In this document: in pieces, positions 1 to 10,200 of the stretch
Numbering within the stretch: position 1 is the first letter of the stretch
Layout: each line of letters opens with the position of its first letter
DNA from: Escherichia phage Minorna
Strand: one strand, 5' to 3'
Length of the DNA stretch: 43,264 nucleotides
Sequence record: NC_048172.1
The notes under the pieces: generated by a model
What the model was told of the DNA's origin: nothing
Seen by the model: only the letters and a program-made list of their open reading frames with translations
The model's database searches: none
Position numbers and translations under genes: made by a program

Positions 1-159
1 CGTTGAGGGTGAGGGAGGGCCTCGCGTGAGTATAACAAATTTCGAGTTCAGGTATACACCTGCGCAGGGGAGAAGCCCCTGGGATGTTCCAGGAGCTTCT
101 CTTGTACCTACTTGCAGCCACTAGAGAGTATCCGTGCACTCTAGGTGTCAGTAATATAA

Positions 160-1680
160 CTACCGCTGCGCTGATACCGTCCAGCTAAAGTATTGGTCCC
201 CCGATACATTATTACGAACACGTATAATAATATTCTGACCGGATACCTCAAACCAGAACGGGGCGTTGATATCTGTAGTAGGAGTTACCTGAACGTAGCG
301 ACCTTGTAAGGCGCGCGATATACCGGTAGGTACAGTAACCGAGTTGGTCCCTGAAGCTATCTTAGCTGCCCCAGTATTATAAGTAACATACTGCGGGCAG
401 TTCTCGATGGTGACAGCTGCATCGCTAGCATTACTTATTGCACCGTTTACGTTACCTCGGGCATCTACGTTAACGAACTTAACACCACTACCAATACCGT
501 CAGATATAAAGATCCCGTAACCTTGATTGTTAAACTCGAATACAGGAGTTGCACCAGCCTTAACGTTTGTGAAGTTCACATTCTGCACCCCGGCCCCTAA
601 CTCTATTCCGTGCTTCTGTCCGCGGGTTGCCATACTGTTAGCATTACAACTGATGTTACTGAAGTTAATGCCTCCTACATTATAACCTGTGAGCAGTATT
701 CCTGAGCCTTTATTGTTAACACAGGTCAGTCCGTTAAAGTTCAGGTTCTCAAGCCCACCATTCTCAGCATTAAGATGTACTCCAGGATGTAATGCAGTTG
801 TCCCACAAGAACTTCCCCAGCAACCGTTGAAGTTCAGGTCTGAGACACTGGCTCCCCCAGTAGGGGCAAACATTAACCCGCACTCCTTACAGGTATCGCC
901 TAAGATAGCAGTGTAGAAACTGCCTCTACATTTAGTAGCACCAGACGGTAGCCAGGCGTAACCATACTTCATTCCCAAACAGTCGATGTTAGACGCATAG
1001 ACGCCAGAGGCATTGACCTCCTTAACCCCACATCCTTTACCACCCCCTGACAGTACTAGGTTCTGCAGGAACACATCCTGAACTACAGCCGAGGAGGTAT
1101 CGCCTATCACAATAACATCTTCGCTAGTAGTTGCACCGTTAATGGTACAGTTGTTTACGCGGTAGATAAACTGCTGGGGACCGCCGTGCATCTTAAGGAA
1201 GTTATAGAAGGGACCATCTACACGAACATTCTCCAAGCATAAGTTGTATCCGTTAGTCCACGTAATGAAGTCGCCGCTTGTATGTGTCCCATCCACAATA
1301 ATTTGTAGGTCACGGATATGAACATTATTAATATTGGTAGATGCTGTACCGATGGCTGCAAAAGGCACGTTAATTGCAGAGTATAAAAGTACAGTGCTAC
1401 CCTGTCCTGCCCCCACCAAATGCACGTTATTATAGAATGTAAGAGAGCCCTTTAAAGTCCATGTACCAGAGGGTACAGTTACAGCCCCTCCTCCTAGGCT
1501 GTGAGCGTGATTAATCGCGGCTTGGAAGGCAGCACGCGAGTCAGTATTACCTGGAATAGCTCCGAAGTCTGCAACACTAATGTTATCCATTAGTTTAGAC
1601 TCCATGGTACGTTCAACTGCACCTGTTGCGGATGCTTTCCAGTTAACTAACCATGTAGCCACTTTGGTAAGATTTAGCAT
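160..1680 (-). CDS. tailspike / putative polysaccharide depolymerase (pectate-lyase-like beta-helix)
   Basis: 506-aa ORF, last gene in transcription order. N-terminal region (DISVADFGAIPGNTD..AFQAAINHA..GGGAVTVPSGTWTL) resembles the start of pectate-lyase-3 / right-handed beta-helix domains of phage tailspikes; remainder is Gly/Asn/Ser/Thr-rich. Only ~30 aa precede the enzymatic domain. Confidence 0.7.
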   Translation of the reverse strand: MLNLTKVATWLVNWKASATGAVERTMESKLMDNISVADFGAIPGNTDSRAAFQAAINHAHSLGGGAVTVPSGTWTLKGSLTFYNNVHLVGAGQGSTVLLYSAINVPFAAIGTASTNINNVHIRDLQIIVDGTHTSGDFITWTNGYNLCLENVRVDGPFYNFLKMHGGPQQFIYRVNNCTINGATTSEDVIVIGDTSSAVVQDVFLQNLVLSGGGKGCGVKEVNASGVYASNIDCLGMKYGYAWLPSGATKCRGSFYTAILGDTCKECGLMFAPTGGASVSDLNFNGCWGSSCGTTALHPGVHLNAENGGLENLNFNGLTCVNNKGSGILLTGYNVGGINFSNISCNANSMATRGQKHGIELGAGVQNVNFTNVKAGATPVFEFNNQGYGIFISDGIGSGVKFVNVDARGNVNGAISNASDAAVTIENCPQYVTYNTGAAKIASGTNSVTVPTGISRALQGRYVQVTPTTDINAPFWFEVSGQNIIIRVRNNVSGDQYFSWTVSAQR

Positions 1681-1689
1681 TCTGTTCCC

Positions 1690-2289
1690 TTATCTAGGTA
1701 TAGCAGCAACTGCTGCTTGCGTTGATTTGAATTCATTCCCTATAGCCTTAGATTCCCACATACGGCGCTCCCATAGGCCCCAGCATACCTTATTACGCTG
1801 CCCGTTAATATACTGAGAGCAGTCAAAGGTCCAGCGGTTGCCACCCTTGTACACCCAACCGGTGCCTGGGGATTTCTGCTGGTACTTACTAATGTAACGC
1901 CAGTTCAGCACAGCCTTTCCAGCCGCTGCGTAATCTAGGTTTTTGAGGTGCCGTTTCACGGCGCTGCCATTGAAGCCGGCTACGCCTACGTTGTAGATGA
2001 AGTCTACAGACCCTATCAGAGCCACGTCAGAGAGCTGCATAGGAAGCCCGTCAAGAGCCCTAGCATGTCCCCCTGCTGATTCTATCAGTTGCTTCTGACA
2101 GTCGCTCAGAGTGGCTCTCTGGCCCATTTTGACACCTTTTGTCTCCCCGTAGCAGATCGTAGGGATACCGGCACTGTCTTTGTAGGCCGTAAGGCTCAAA
2201 CCTTCATTGTGCTGGACTACCTCCGTAATAGCCCCGCCAAGCATAGTGGCCCCGGCGAGTGCGGCTATAACCCTAGTCCTTAAACTCAT
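1690..2289 (-). CDS. SAR endolysin (T4-lysozyme-like glycoside hydrolase, GH24-type)
   Basis: Catalytic E-x8-D-x5-T pattern (EGLSLTAYKDSAGIPTICYGET); N-terminal Gly/Ala-rich weakly hydrophobic segment (RTRVIAALAGATMLGGAI) typical of a signal-anchor-release domain. Start set at ATG 2289 (AAGGGGG about 9 nt upstream); the track ORF extends to 2313, where the SD would sit too close. Confidence 0.75.
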   Translation of the reverse strand: MSLRTRVIAALAGATMLGGAITEVVQHNEGLSLTAYKDSAGIPTICYGETKGVKMGQRATLSDCQKQLIESAGGHARALDGLPMQLSDVALIGSVDFIYNVGVAGFNGSAVKRHLKNLDYAAAGKAVLNWRYISKYQQKSPGTGWVYKGGNRWTFDCSQYINGQRNKVCWGLWERRMWESKAIGNEFKSTQAAVAAIPR

Positions 2290-2524
2290 ATTTAATAGCC
2301 CCCTTACGTGCATGCTCCTCTAGGAGCTTGTATGTGCGCCATTTATAGTACGCATTCCACGCCAGGGTTAGCACTGCACACACCGTCGCAGTGATGAAGC
2401 TGATAACACTCCAGTCCCAACTCATTAGCTCTGCCAACCAACCTCCTGAGACTGTAGCACCAGTAACAGCTGCTCCTGCCCGGGTAGCGAGGTCTGCCCC
2501 AACTACATCTCCCACTTTAATCAT
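2273..2524 (-). CDS. putative holin (pinholin-like, Gly/Ala-rich first segment plus one strong TMD)
   Basis: 83 aa; Gly/Ala-rich segment (RAGAAVTGATVSGGWLAEL) followed by hydrophobic helix (VISFITATVCAVLTLAW) and charged C-terminus; sits between spanin and SAR endolysin. Confidence 0.5.
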   Translation of the reverse strand: MIKVGDVVGADLATRAGAAVTGATVSGGWLAELMSWDWSVISFITATVCAVLTLAWNAYYKWRTYKLLEEHARKGAIKYEFKD

Positions 2525-2921
2525 CCTGCTGACCCTTCTTCCTAAATAGCTTACGAATCACCAGAATGGCCACTAGGAAGACCAAAGGGATGCTGGCCCC
2601 TGCTAATCCGGCGAGAATAAGACTGTAACTATCGTTGTTAACCACCTGTAGGCGCTCTGCCTGGATTGTGCCTGTACTAATAGTCTGCACTTGCTTCTTG
2701 CTAGAAGTATCCAGTGTACCTACGTTAGAATCCTGTACATCGGTTTTGTTGGTGGTGCTGGAGTCCACCTTATTATTCAGCCCGAGCATCTGTTTAGTAT
2801 TCTCAGCGCCAACCTGAGCAGATACTTCCGGCTTAGAACCAACTAAGCCGGTCAGTGCAGAGGTCGCTGAGCAACCAGTCAGAGTAACCGCGAGCAGTAA
2901 CCCAGCGACCAGTTTGCGCAT
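2517..2921 (-). CDS. unimolecular spanin (u-spanin, T1 gp11-like topology)
   Basis: 134 aa; N-terminal lipoprotein signal with lipobox (LAVTLTGC), Ser/Thr-rich periplasmic region, and C-terminal TMD (ILAGLAGASIPLVFLVAILVI) followed by RKLFRKKG; within the lysis cassette. Confidence 0.6.
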   Translation of the reverse strand: MRKLVAGLLLAVTLTGCSATSALTGLVGSKPEVSAQVGAENTKQMLGLNNKVDSSTTNKTDVQDSNVGTLDTSSKKQVQTISTGTIQAERLQVVNNDSYSLILAGLAGASIPLVFLVAILVIRKLFRKKGQQDD

Positions 2922-3103
2922 TAGCTAGCCGCCTTCACCGCTGCAATAGCAGCTTCCAGTGCGGCAACCTTAGTGTCGAACGCTGCACCAGTCTGGGCTA
3001 CGTTCTGAGGCTGCGTAAGGATTGCATACAGGTCCTTACCCAGAATGTTCAGTTGACGCAGCAGCTCCTGCTGCTGTGCTTGTGTTGCCTTAGCAATTGC
3101 CAT
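2921..3103 (-). CDS. hypothetical protein (60 aa, Ala/Gln-rich, helical)
   Basis: ORF in the gene-dense minus-strand array; stop overlaps the spanin start; no TMD. Confidence 0.4.
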   Translation of the reverse strand: MAIAKATQAQQQELLRQLNILGKDLYAILTQPQNVAQTGAAFDTKVAALEAAIAAVKAAS

Positions 3104-3116
3104 AGTAATTCTCCTA

Positions 3117-3494
3117 TTATGCTGCAGCAGCGTTAGTCGCTGCTACGAAGGCCGACTGTAGGGCCTTGAATGAGTTGTCGAAGTCCGTACCAGAACCCTC
3201 ACCTAGCGGCATACCTGTACCGGTGAGCGCTACGTAGCCGGTCTTGCTAAGCTGGAACAGCATGGAGAACAGTCGCGCCTGCAGGGTGCCATCATCCTTA
3301 AAGGATTCCCCGACAGCTGTAGCCGAGTAGCCTTGGGACTCCATGTAGGCAAAGAACGTGTTGAATTTATCCAGCGCACCCGTACCCACAAAGCCGACAT
3401 TGTAGTCAGGGGCCACCTCTTTCTCAAGGTTCTGGCTCTTGCCTACAATGGCGTACTGTACATCCGCAGATTTAGCCGCGATGATTGATGCCAT
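3117..3494 (-). CDS. hypothetical protein (125 aa)
   Basis: ORF immediately downstream of the large terminase gene; start overlaps the terminase stop; no recognisable motif. Confidence 0.5.
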   Translation of the reverse strand: MASIIAAKSADVQYAIVGKSQNLEKEVAPDYNVGFVGTGALDKFNTFFAYMESQGYSATAVGESFKDDGTLQARLFSMLFQLSKTGYVALTGTGMPLGEGSGTDFDNSFKALQSAFVAATNAAAA

Positions 3495-5350
3495 TATCGT
3501 CTTCCTCTATGTTGTTTGCCTCTACCCCGACCTTGCAGCCGTGCAGCGACTCCCCGCAACTGTTTCTGGACCATACCCTGTGCCCAGTCCAACGGGTTAT
3601 TGATGAATGCTAGTGCCTGCTTCTCAGACTCTCGTGCAGCTACCACTTTCTCATCTTCTACCAGATGCCCGTTCAGTACTGCTACCATCATAGCGATGGC
3701 GTCTGCTCGGTCATCCTTAGCCAAGCTACCCCGGTCATACGTAATACCTGCGAGCTGTGCGAACGCAGAGTACAACCAGCGACGATCTCGGGGGTATAGC
3801 ATACAAGTCCCAATATCATCGTGAATAGCACGCTCATGCACCACTAGGCGGTGTCGTCGAGTTACTGGACTGATTGTGTCTATGATACGACGTTCTTTCT
3901 GCGTGGTGTTGTTAATGTCACGCACACCAATACCAGCAAGGTGACGCTCTCGTAAGCGGTTCAGAATAAGCATAGACACGGTACCGTGCCCCATGTTACT
4001 CTCTACCACCATGTCAGAGATGTCTAACTCTACGCACAGGTCAATGAGCTTGTCGATATTCTCGGTGCTTACACCTCCTTGGAAGCCCCCAACTGAGAAC
4101 AGATGAATGTATGAGTTAGCAGCCCCGCCCGCAGCATAGGAGACTTCATCCCCACCACAACCAGCTGGGTCCACCACCAGCACCTTGTGCTGATACGGCA
4201 AGTGCATATCTCCGTAGAATGCCGGGAAGTACATCTGCTGACCCATAATCCCCTCATGCTCGTGCTGGTATAAGTACCGGCGGTCCGCAATGTAGGAGAA
4301 GGTCTCTGGGGAGGAATCCTGGCTACCAGAGTAAACCAGCATATCCGAAAGCTTGATACGTGTACGCATCTGGTCGGACAGGGTTGTGTCGAGCATGTAC
4401 TGCAACTGGAAGCCTTCTGGGCCGAAGTCCAACTCCTTCTCAATCAGCGCATCCTCATCGTAGCGACCCTTATCGGTGCTCTCCCCTAACGTCCCATCGA
4501 CGCCGAAGCCGGTGCGTTTATAGCCGCGCTCAATAAGCTCCCGGATATAAGGAGCAAGTGTACTTCCATATCGCTCTTCCATTTCAACAGACGGAATGCG
4601 CCCAGGCCACACGCGGACCTCGAAGCCACGTCCCGGCAGTGTTTTATAGATACTGTCCTTGGTCTGTGGTGTACCCAGGTACAGCGTATCCCCGTGCGTA
4701 CAGATGGCCGCGAAGTCTTTAGAAATCGTCAGCAGCTGCTCGCGCTGGGTTTGCGTTAAGCCGTTCTTGGTGGTCTCGATATCGTCCGGAATCAGTAGGT
4801 CCGCACGCTTCCCCTGTAGGGATGCAGTGATACCTACACAGGCTACGCTGGCGGACTTATCTAGAGGTTTCAGGTCACAGTGTACGTCGTAACCTTCAAA
4901 GGAGGTTCGGTCCCCACGTGTAGGGTCAGCCTTCAAGTAGCACAGCAGCGGCCAGGTTTCCAGCATACGAATAATTAAGTTTGCTACGTCGGAAGCCTGC
5001 TTCTCAGCACCCGACACAATCAGGATACGGCAGGATTGGTCCTGGATGAGCCTCCAGACAGCGTATAGCGCAGCTAGTGTAGACTTAGCCTCACCACGCT
5101 GTGCAGCCACCATGCGCTTCCTAGGGCCCTTCTGCATATACTCTGCAATGTCGGCTTGCATGTCCGTGAGCGTAAAGCCTAGGAAGCGCATACCTATATA
5201 TGCGAACTCCCTGAAATTACTGAGGGTAGCCGCCATCATCATGGCGATATCCTCGCGCTCCTCTTTGGGAATACTGCGCGGGTTCGCATTATAACCAGTA
5301 AGTTTCTGGTTGAGCATGCGCAGTCTTCGCGCAGTCTTCACCGATACCAT
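3494..5350 (-). CDS. terminase large subunit (T7 gp19-like DNA maturase B)
   Basis: 618-aa ORF at the position and size of T7-like large terminases, with ATPase-like N-terminal half and nuclease-like C-terminal half; directly follows the putative small subunit. Confidence 0.85.
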   Translation of the reverse strand: MVSVKTARRLRMLNQKLTGYNANPRSIPKEEREDIAMMMAATLSNFREFAYIGMRFLGFTLTDMQADIAEYMQKGPRKRMVAAQRGEAKSTLAALYAVWRLIQDQSCRILIVSGAEKQASDVANLIIRMLETWPLLCYLKADPTRGDRTSFEGYDVHCDLKPLDKSASVACVGITASLQGKRADLLIPDDIETTKNGLTQTQREQLLTISKDFAAICTHGDTLYLGTPQTKDSIYKTLPGRGFEVRVWPGRIPSVEMEERYGSTLAPYIRELIERGYKRTGFGVDGTLGESTDKGRYDEDALIEKELDFGPEGFQLQYMLDTTLSDQMRTRIKLSDMLVYSGSQDSSPETFSYIADRRYLYQHEHEGIMGQQMYFPAFYGDMHLPYQHKVLVVDPAGCGGDEVSYAAGGAANSYIHLFSVGGFQGGVSTENIDKLIDLCVELDISDMVVESNMGHGTVSMLILNRLRERHLAGIGVRDINNTTQKERRIIDTISPVTRRHRLVVHERAIHDDIGTCMLYPRDRRWLYSAFAQLAGITYDRGSLAKDDRADAIAMMVAVLNGHLVEDEKVVAARESEKQALAFINNPLDWAQGMVQKQLRGVAARLQGRGRGKQHRGRR

Positions 5351-5658
5351 TAGACAATTCCTTCTAGTAAGTCCTCAGAGTCTGAACCACTAATCTTGTT
5401 CAAAATCTCTTTCTTACGCGCCTCTCTGCGCGCCGCTAGTTCGTCATCGAATTCATCACGTAGCTCCTGCATCTCCTCGGAATCTGCATCGGCGGTGATG
5501 TCATTGTCTTTCAGGAACTTGGCAATAACAGATTTATCAGCAGCCGGTAAAGGGACCGCATCTTCCCCGGCCTGACGCAGCTCCTCAATAAGTGCCTCCG
5601 TGAACATGCGGTGCAGTTCGCTGAGTCGGCTACGCGTTCCTGCCTTGGATACAGCCAT
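5350..5658 (-). CDS. putative terminase small subunit (DNA maturase A)
   Basis: 102-aa acidic helical protein immediately upstream of, and translationally coupled to, the large terminase; assignment by position and size only. Confidence 0.5.
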   Translation of the reverse strand: MAVSKAGTRSRLSELHRMFTEALIEELRQAGEDAVPLPAADKSVIAKFLKDNDITADADSEEMQELRDEFDDELAARREARKKEILNKISGSDSEDLLEGIV

Positions 5659-5667
5659 AAACCCTCC

Positions 5668-6009
5668 TTACCAGCCCACGGTGTAAATCAGAGCACCCAC
5701 TGGGAGTTCACTGGCGAAAGTTACAGTAGCCCCGCTGAGCGTGTAGCTATAGCCGGGAATCTGAATAACCCCATTGATGTAGATATCTACATCCGTGTAG
5801 GTGTTAGTTAAGGTAAAGGTAGTCCCTGCCTTGGATACAGTCAGGTACGCCGATGTACGGACACCCGGCTTAAGCGGCTTACCCCCAGCAGTGCTGCCAT
5901 CTCCAATGGTCAAAGTGTTGCTAGTGGTCAGAAGAACCAACTCCCCGGCCTTCAACACCTTGGTTGCCACTACGGCATCAGCACCTCGGCGTAGTTGTAA
6001 AGTTGGCAT
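5668..6009 (-). CDS. small tail-fiber-like protein (paralog 2)
   Basis: 113 aa; N-terminus MPTLQLRRG..AGELVL..GDGSTAGGKP parallels the adjacent 149-aa ORF and resembles N-terminal motifs of phage fiber proteins. Confidence 0.5.
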   Translation of the reverse strand: MPTLQLRRGADAVVATKVLKAGELVLLTTSNTLTIGDGSTAGGKPLKPGVRTSAYLTVSKAGTTFTLTNTYTDVDIYINGVIQIPGYSYTLSGATVTFASELPVGALIYTVGW

Positions 6010-6021
6010 TTCTACCCCCTA

Positions 6022-6471
6022 TTAGGTAATGACACCCAGGTCAATATTTTGCAACGTAGTATTGATGGTAACAGCAGCTGAGCCGTCAAAGTTAGCTGTA
6101 CCACTCACGTCACCAGACAATGCAATAGCTCTGGCAGTAGTCAGCTTAGCAGCACTACCCGTGGTGTTGACACTAGCAGTACCGGTTAGCAAGTTTGCTG
6201 GTACATCGGTAACTGCAAACGTAACGTCAGCACTACCGTCGAAACTTTGAGGAGCCGCCGTAATACCGGAGAAGCCAATAGTTCGAGCAGTCTTCAGTTT
6301 ATCGGCGGTGGATGCCGGGGTACCGGCACCTACCGGGAAGCCACCTGCGGTTGTACCATCACCCACGTAGATAATTTTAGCGGTGCTGTCATACACCAGC
6401 TCCCCGGCAAGCGGGATATACTTAGAGACCTGGGCGGTAGTCCCACGTTTAAGTTGTAAAGTTGGCATCAA
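6022..6471 (-). CDS. small tail-fiber-like protein (paralog 1)
   Basis: 149 aa; N-terminus MMPTLQLKRG..AGELVY..GDGTTAGGFP; Thr/Ala/Gly-rich remainder; follows the fiber adaptor gene. Confidence 0.5.
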   Translation of the reverse strand: MMPTLQLKRGTTAQVSKYIPLAGELVYDSTAKIIYVGDGTTAGGFPVGAGTPASTADKLKTARTIGFSGITAAPQSFDGSADVTFAVTDVPANLLTGTASVNTTGSAAKLTTARAIALSGDVSGTANFDGSAAVTINTTLQNIDLGVIT

Positions 6472-7220
6472 AGTTCTCCTAAGTCCATGTTATATACATA
6501 CTCTTTTAAGTCGTCGAACTCAGACCGTGACACTGCATCCAAGTCCGTCGAATCCTGTCCGATACGCACAGACACTACTGTACCAGCCGGAATTGTCTCA
6601 GCCAGGATAATCTGGTTGTTCACAATACTGAACCCGTAACCGATATCCTGGTGCACCCCATCAAGATACAAGGTGGCACGAGTAAATCGGTACGGTGGGC
6701 TGATGATATTAGTCGGGACCGTGGTAACAGTACACCACGGGATAGTCACATCATCTGTGTTTATACCCTGCTCAAGCGCGGTTACACGGGCATCTACTAC
6801 ATCCAGCTGTCCCTTGTTTACAGCGTCTCCGGGATTAACACCATCCCCAAGATTGGTAATCCGGTAGCCGTTCATGCTTATATCCCCGTAGAATCCGGGG
6901 ATGGCCCTACCCTCCACCAGCTCTTGAGCTAAGTGTAAGAACTGTGTGTTTTGAGAGTCTACGTTCACCTCGATGAATGGGGAACCGCTAGCAAACTCAA
7001 TGTACAGATACTCGCGCTCAGTCTTGCGAATGAGCAGTACCGTCGTATCCGCTGTCAAGGCTGTGTTCAGCCTAATATTTGTAGAGCTGGTCCAGGTGTA
7101 CCCAGTGGTTTCAACGCCGTCGAGATATACATGAATATAGGACTTGTCCAAATATTCAATATCACACTGGATATCCTGGGTACCAGCTGGCTTGATTTGC
7201 TCTTGCCAGCTGTATGCCAT
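6468..7220 (-). CDS. tail fiber protein / adaptor (T7 gp17 N-terminal-domain-like, no large distal domain)
   Basis: 250-aa ORF directly after the internal virion protein genes, the canonical gp17 position; too short to carry a full receptor-binding domain. Confidence 0.6.
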   Translation of the reverse strand: MAYSWQEQIKPAGTQDIQCDIEYLDKSYIHVYLDGVETTGYTWTSSTNIRLNTALTADTTVLLIRKTEREYLYIEFASGSPFIEVNVDSQNTQFLHLAQELVEGRAIPGFYGDISMNGYRITNLGDGVNPGDAVNKGQLDVVDARVTALEQGINTDDVTIPWCTVTTVPTNIISPPYRFTRATLYLDGVHQDIGYGFSIVNNQIILAETIPAGTVVSVRIGQDSTDLDAVSRSEFDDLKEYVYNMDLGEL

Positions 7221-7221
7221 A

Positions 7222-10200
7222 TTAATCGTCTCCGAAGTTATTGATGATAGCTCGCGTAGGCGCGAATTCCTGGATTAACGGGACCTGCTTAGTGAAGGTC
7301 TGGATATCCATATCCCCAGTAGCCAGGGCTTGCACCGCACCCAACAGCCCGGTGACGTAGCCCATAGACGCCAGAGAATGACGCGGAGAGTCCCCAGTGA
7401 AGATATCCTGCAGAAGCGAGATACCACCGATGGCACTCATACCCATAACCGATTCAGCGATAAGCTTTTGAGTGTCGACCTCTTTGCCGTCCATACCGTG
7501 CTTCGCCATAGTTGCTAGAAGCATCAATGGGAACTGGTATGCCATGATGTGTGCAACCCCAATCCACCCGGCATCATTCAACTCGCGGCGCAGAATCTTG
7601 TTGGTGGCAGCCAGGGCGAAGCTCTGATAGCCGACAATTACTTTGCCGATAGGGTTGAACTGGGCGAAGTGCGAGGTCTCACCGGTACGTACTTGCTGCA
7701 CCAAATAGTCCATCATACGCGTCCCTACCACCTCAACTTGCATTTGCAGGTCCGGCTGGAACATAGCACCAGGATTAGCTTTGTTAGCAGCAATAGCCCG
7801 GTCAGCGATTTCACGAGTAAGACCGAAACGTTCCAGACGCTTAAACGCCTCAGCGTCGCCCTTGAACATCTGCTGGAGCTCGTCCGCTACAATACCTGAG
7901 TTAAGGTTAACCTGCAGTCGATGTACCATACTCATACCGTTGACGTGACGTGCAGCCTGTCCAACGTTCTGGGTGACGTTAAACCAGGAAGCCTGACGGG
8001 TCAGGTCCAAGTTATCGTCTGCGTAGGTATTCAACCAGCGGAAGCGCATCTCCTTCTGGATACTACCACGTAGGATTGCATCCAGACGACTAGCCATATC
8101 CGGAGTGCGAATAGCTACGGAACCTTCTTTAAACCAAGGCTGCTCACGCATACTGCGAAGTACTCGGGACATACCAAACTCTTTCAGCGCTAGGGCGGTG
8201 TCAGTAAGCTGGTACAACCCAGAGTTCTTAAGCATGGTAGCGTTGGCCATGTTACCGGCTGCACGGAGCAGGTCCGGCATCTGCCCGGCGTCGGCTGGTG
8301 CCCCACCTAAGATAAAGTCGATGGTGTCATTAACGGTCTTCTCCCACTTACCTGAATCGGCCAGGGCGTGTTTGGACTCATTAATCATTGTCTCCAGCAC
8401 CTTGAGGTCAGATATCCCAGCATAAGCCATACCCACACGACCTGACATTCGGTTAGTATAACCATGCATAACCTTGGCTACGTCAGTATCCATCAGATCC
8501 TGCATACGCATAACCTGACCGTCTACGATGTACTCTTTGTCCATGTTGAAGCGGGTACGTTGACGGAGGTTCTTAGCAGGCGAGGTGGCGCCAGATTCTC
8601 GGACATTACCTGCCAAGAAACTCTGGATTGCATCCTCGTCTACACCAGCATTACGCATGGCCATAACTACTTCATCATTACCCATACCATTGATGAGTTG
8701 CTTCCACATAGGACCAGAGGCCGAGGAGCGTCCGTTGTAGATACCGTCAACCATCTCCTTAGCAACACGTTGAACGACCTCAGGCTCCATAGATGGATAC
8801 ACATCACGCAGTGCCTGACGGAACAGATCCCGATAATTATCCAAGGAGCGACCATTTGCAATACCTTGGCGCATCTTATCGTAGCTGTACTGGCGAGGGA
8901 AGTAATAGTCCGATTTAATCAGAGTACCGTCATCCACCAGCCCGGCAGCAGTCATGTGATCGTGCCACTTACTGGCCCAGCCGGAGTTGCGGTATGCCTC
9001 TACTAGCGGAACCAAGTCAGAGTCCGGCAGAGGTACCGGGCGTCCATTAACCTCCGCGCTGTATGCAGAGTCCAGGTAACGGCCCAAGCGGGCTTCTAAG
9101 TCAGCGCGAGCTGCTCGGAAGTTGCTACGGTGGAAGAAGCGGTCTATGAAACCTACACCTTTGGCCTTAAGGGCACCAAGTATAGCGTCCTCAACTACAC
9201 TGGCACTAGCGTCCATCTCCAACGTAAGGTTACGCTTGAAGTCCACCACAGACGGTTTACGACCGCCTACAGCAGTAGCGTCAGATACTAGTAAGCGTGC
9301 CAGGTCCTCGCTACCCTCTGCGATGTTATCATACAGGGAGAACATAGTGGCGAACTTGCGCTTAGCAGTGTCCATCATAGCTTGGGCCTTCAAGGCCTCA
9401 TGCTTAACCGATGTATCCGCCAAGTCCTGGAAGGCCTCACTCCGGAAGCTCTGAGCTTGGTCTGCGTAGTCCTTTGCGGTCCACTTGACAGCATCCTCGT
9501 ACGCGTCCAGAACATCCTCCAGAGCGGACCCCTTGGTGCGAATCCCCAGGGCATTCATGATGTACTCACCAATCTGGCGGAGCATACTCCTACCAGTAGG
9601 AGATTGAGTTCTAGAGAGATACTCCACCCACTCAGGGCTATCACCTAGTCCTGCTAACATCTCGTGCACATCGCTTGCGTAGTACTTAAGCTTATCACTG
9701 AGGGTTGAATCAGCTGCTATTGCAGCGCGCACCTCTTCCAGCTTACTAGCAATTTCAGGATTCTGCTTGATGGCTCTGGTGGTGGCAGCGTGAATCAGCT
9801 CGTGCACTGCTACTCGGCTAGTGTCCGCATCCATAGCACGCAGAGCATCCCCGGCAGTAGTCCAGGTACTTCCGTTCGCTTTCTTAGGGGCACGTAAAGA
9901 TATAAAACCCCTATCAGTTGTTGATGCTGGTGAAAATCCGTAGTGACTACGGTTAGAAGAACCGGCCACCAGTTTAAAGTCGATATCCTGTACTGCGTCA
10001 CCCAGGGTGTCCAGGATAGCCTTCTGACCTTTAGATAAGTGTTCAGAGGTCTTGAGGAAACGGACTACGTCCTGCGCTTTCATGTTAACAGCAGCAGTGT
10101 TATTCCGGCGAACTTGGATAGGTTCATCCAGTACCTTAGTGAGTATTGTGTCCCCTTCTCCTACTCCTGTAACATTAGCATCCCTTGCTGTACGAGTTGT

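Noticed and set aside
65-81. Hairpin cagggg-agaag-cccctg downstream of the tailspike gene as a terminator
   Set aside because: A 6-bp stem is present but there is no adjacent U-tract on the transcribed strand; kept only as a possible weak structure.
1-160. Direct terminal repeat shared between the window start and end
   Set aside because: No obvious shared block between the first 160 nt and the last few hundred nt was found by eye; cannot be confirmed or excluded without an alignment, and assemblies often collapse the repeat.
3230-4443. Nested minus-strand ORFs (3230-3427, 4069-4443) inside larger genes
   Set aside because: They lie in alternative frames of the 125-aa gene and the large terminase, with Arg/Cys/Ser-rich translations; no independent support.
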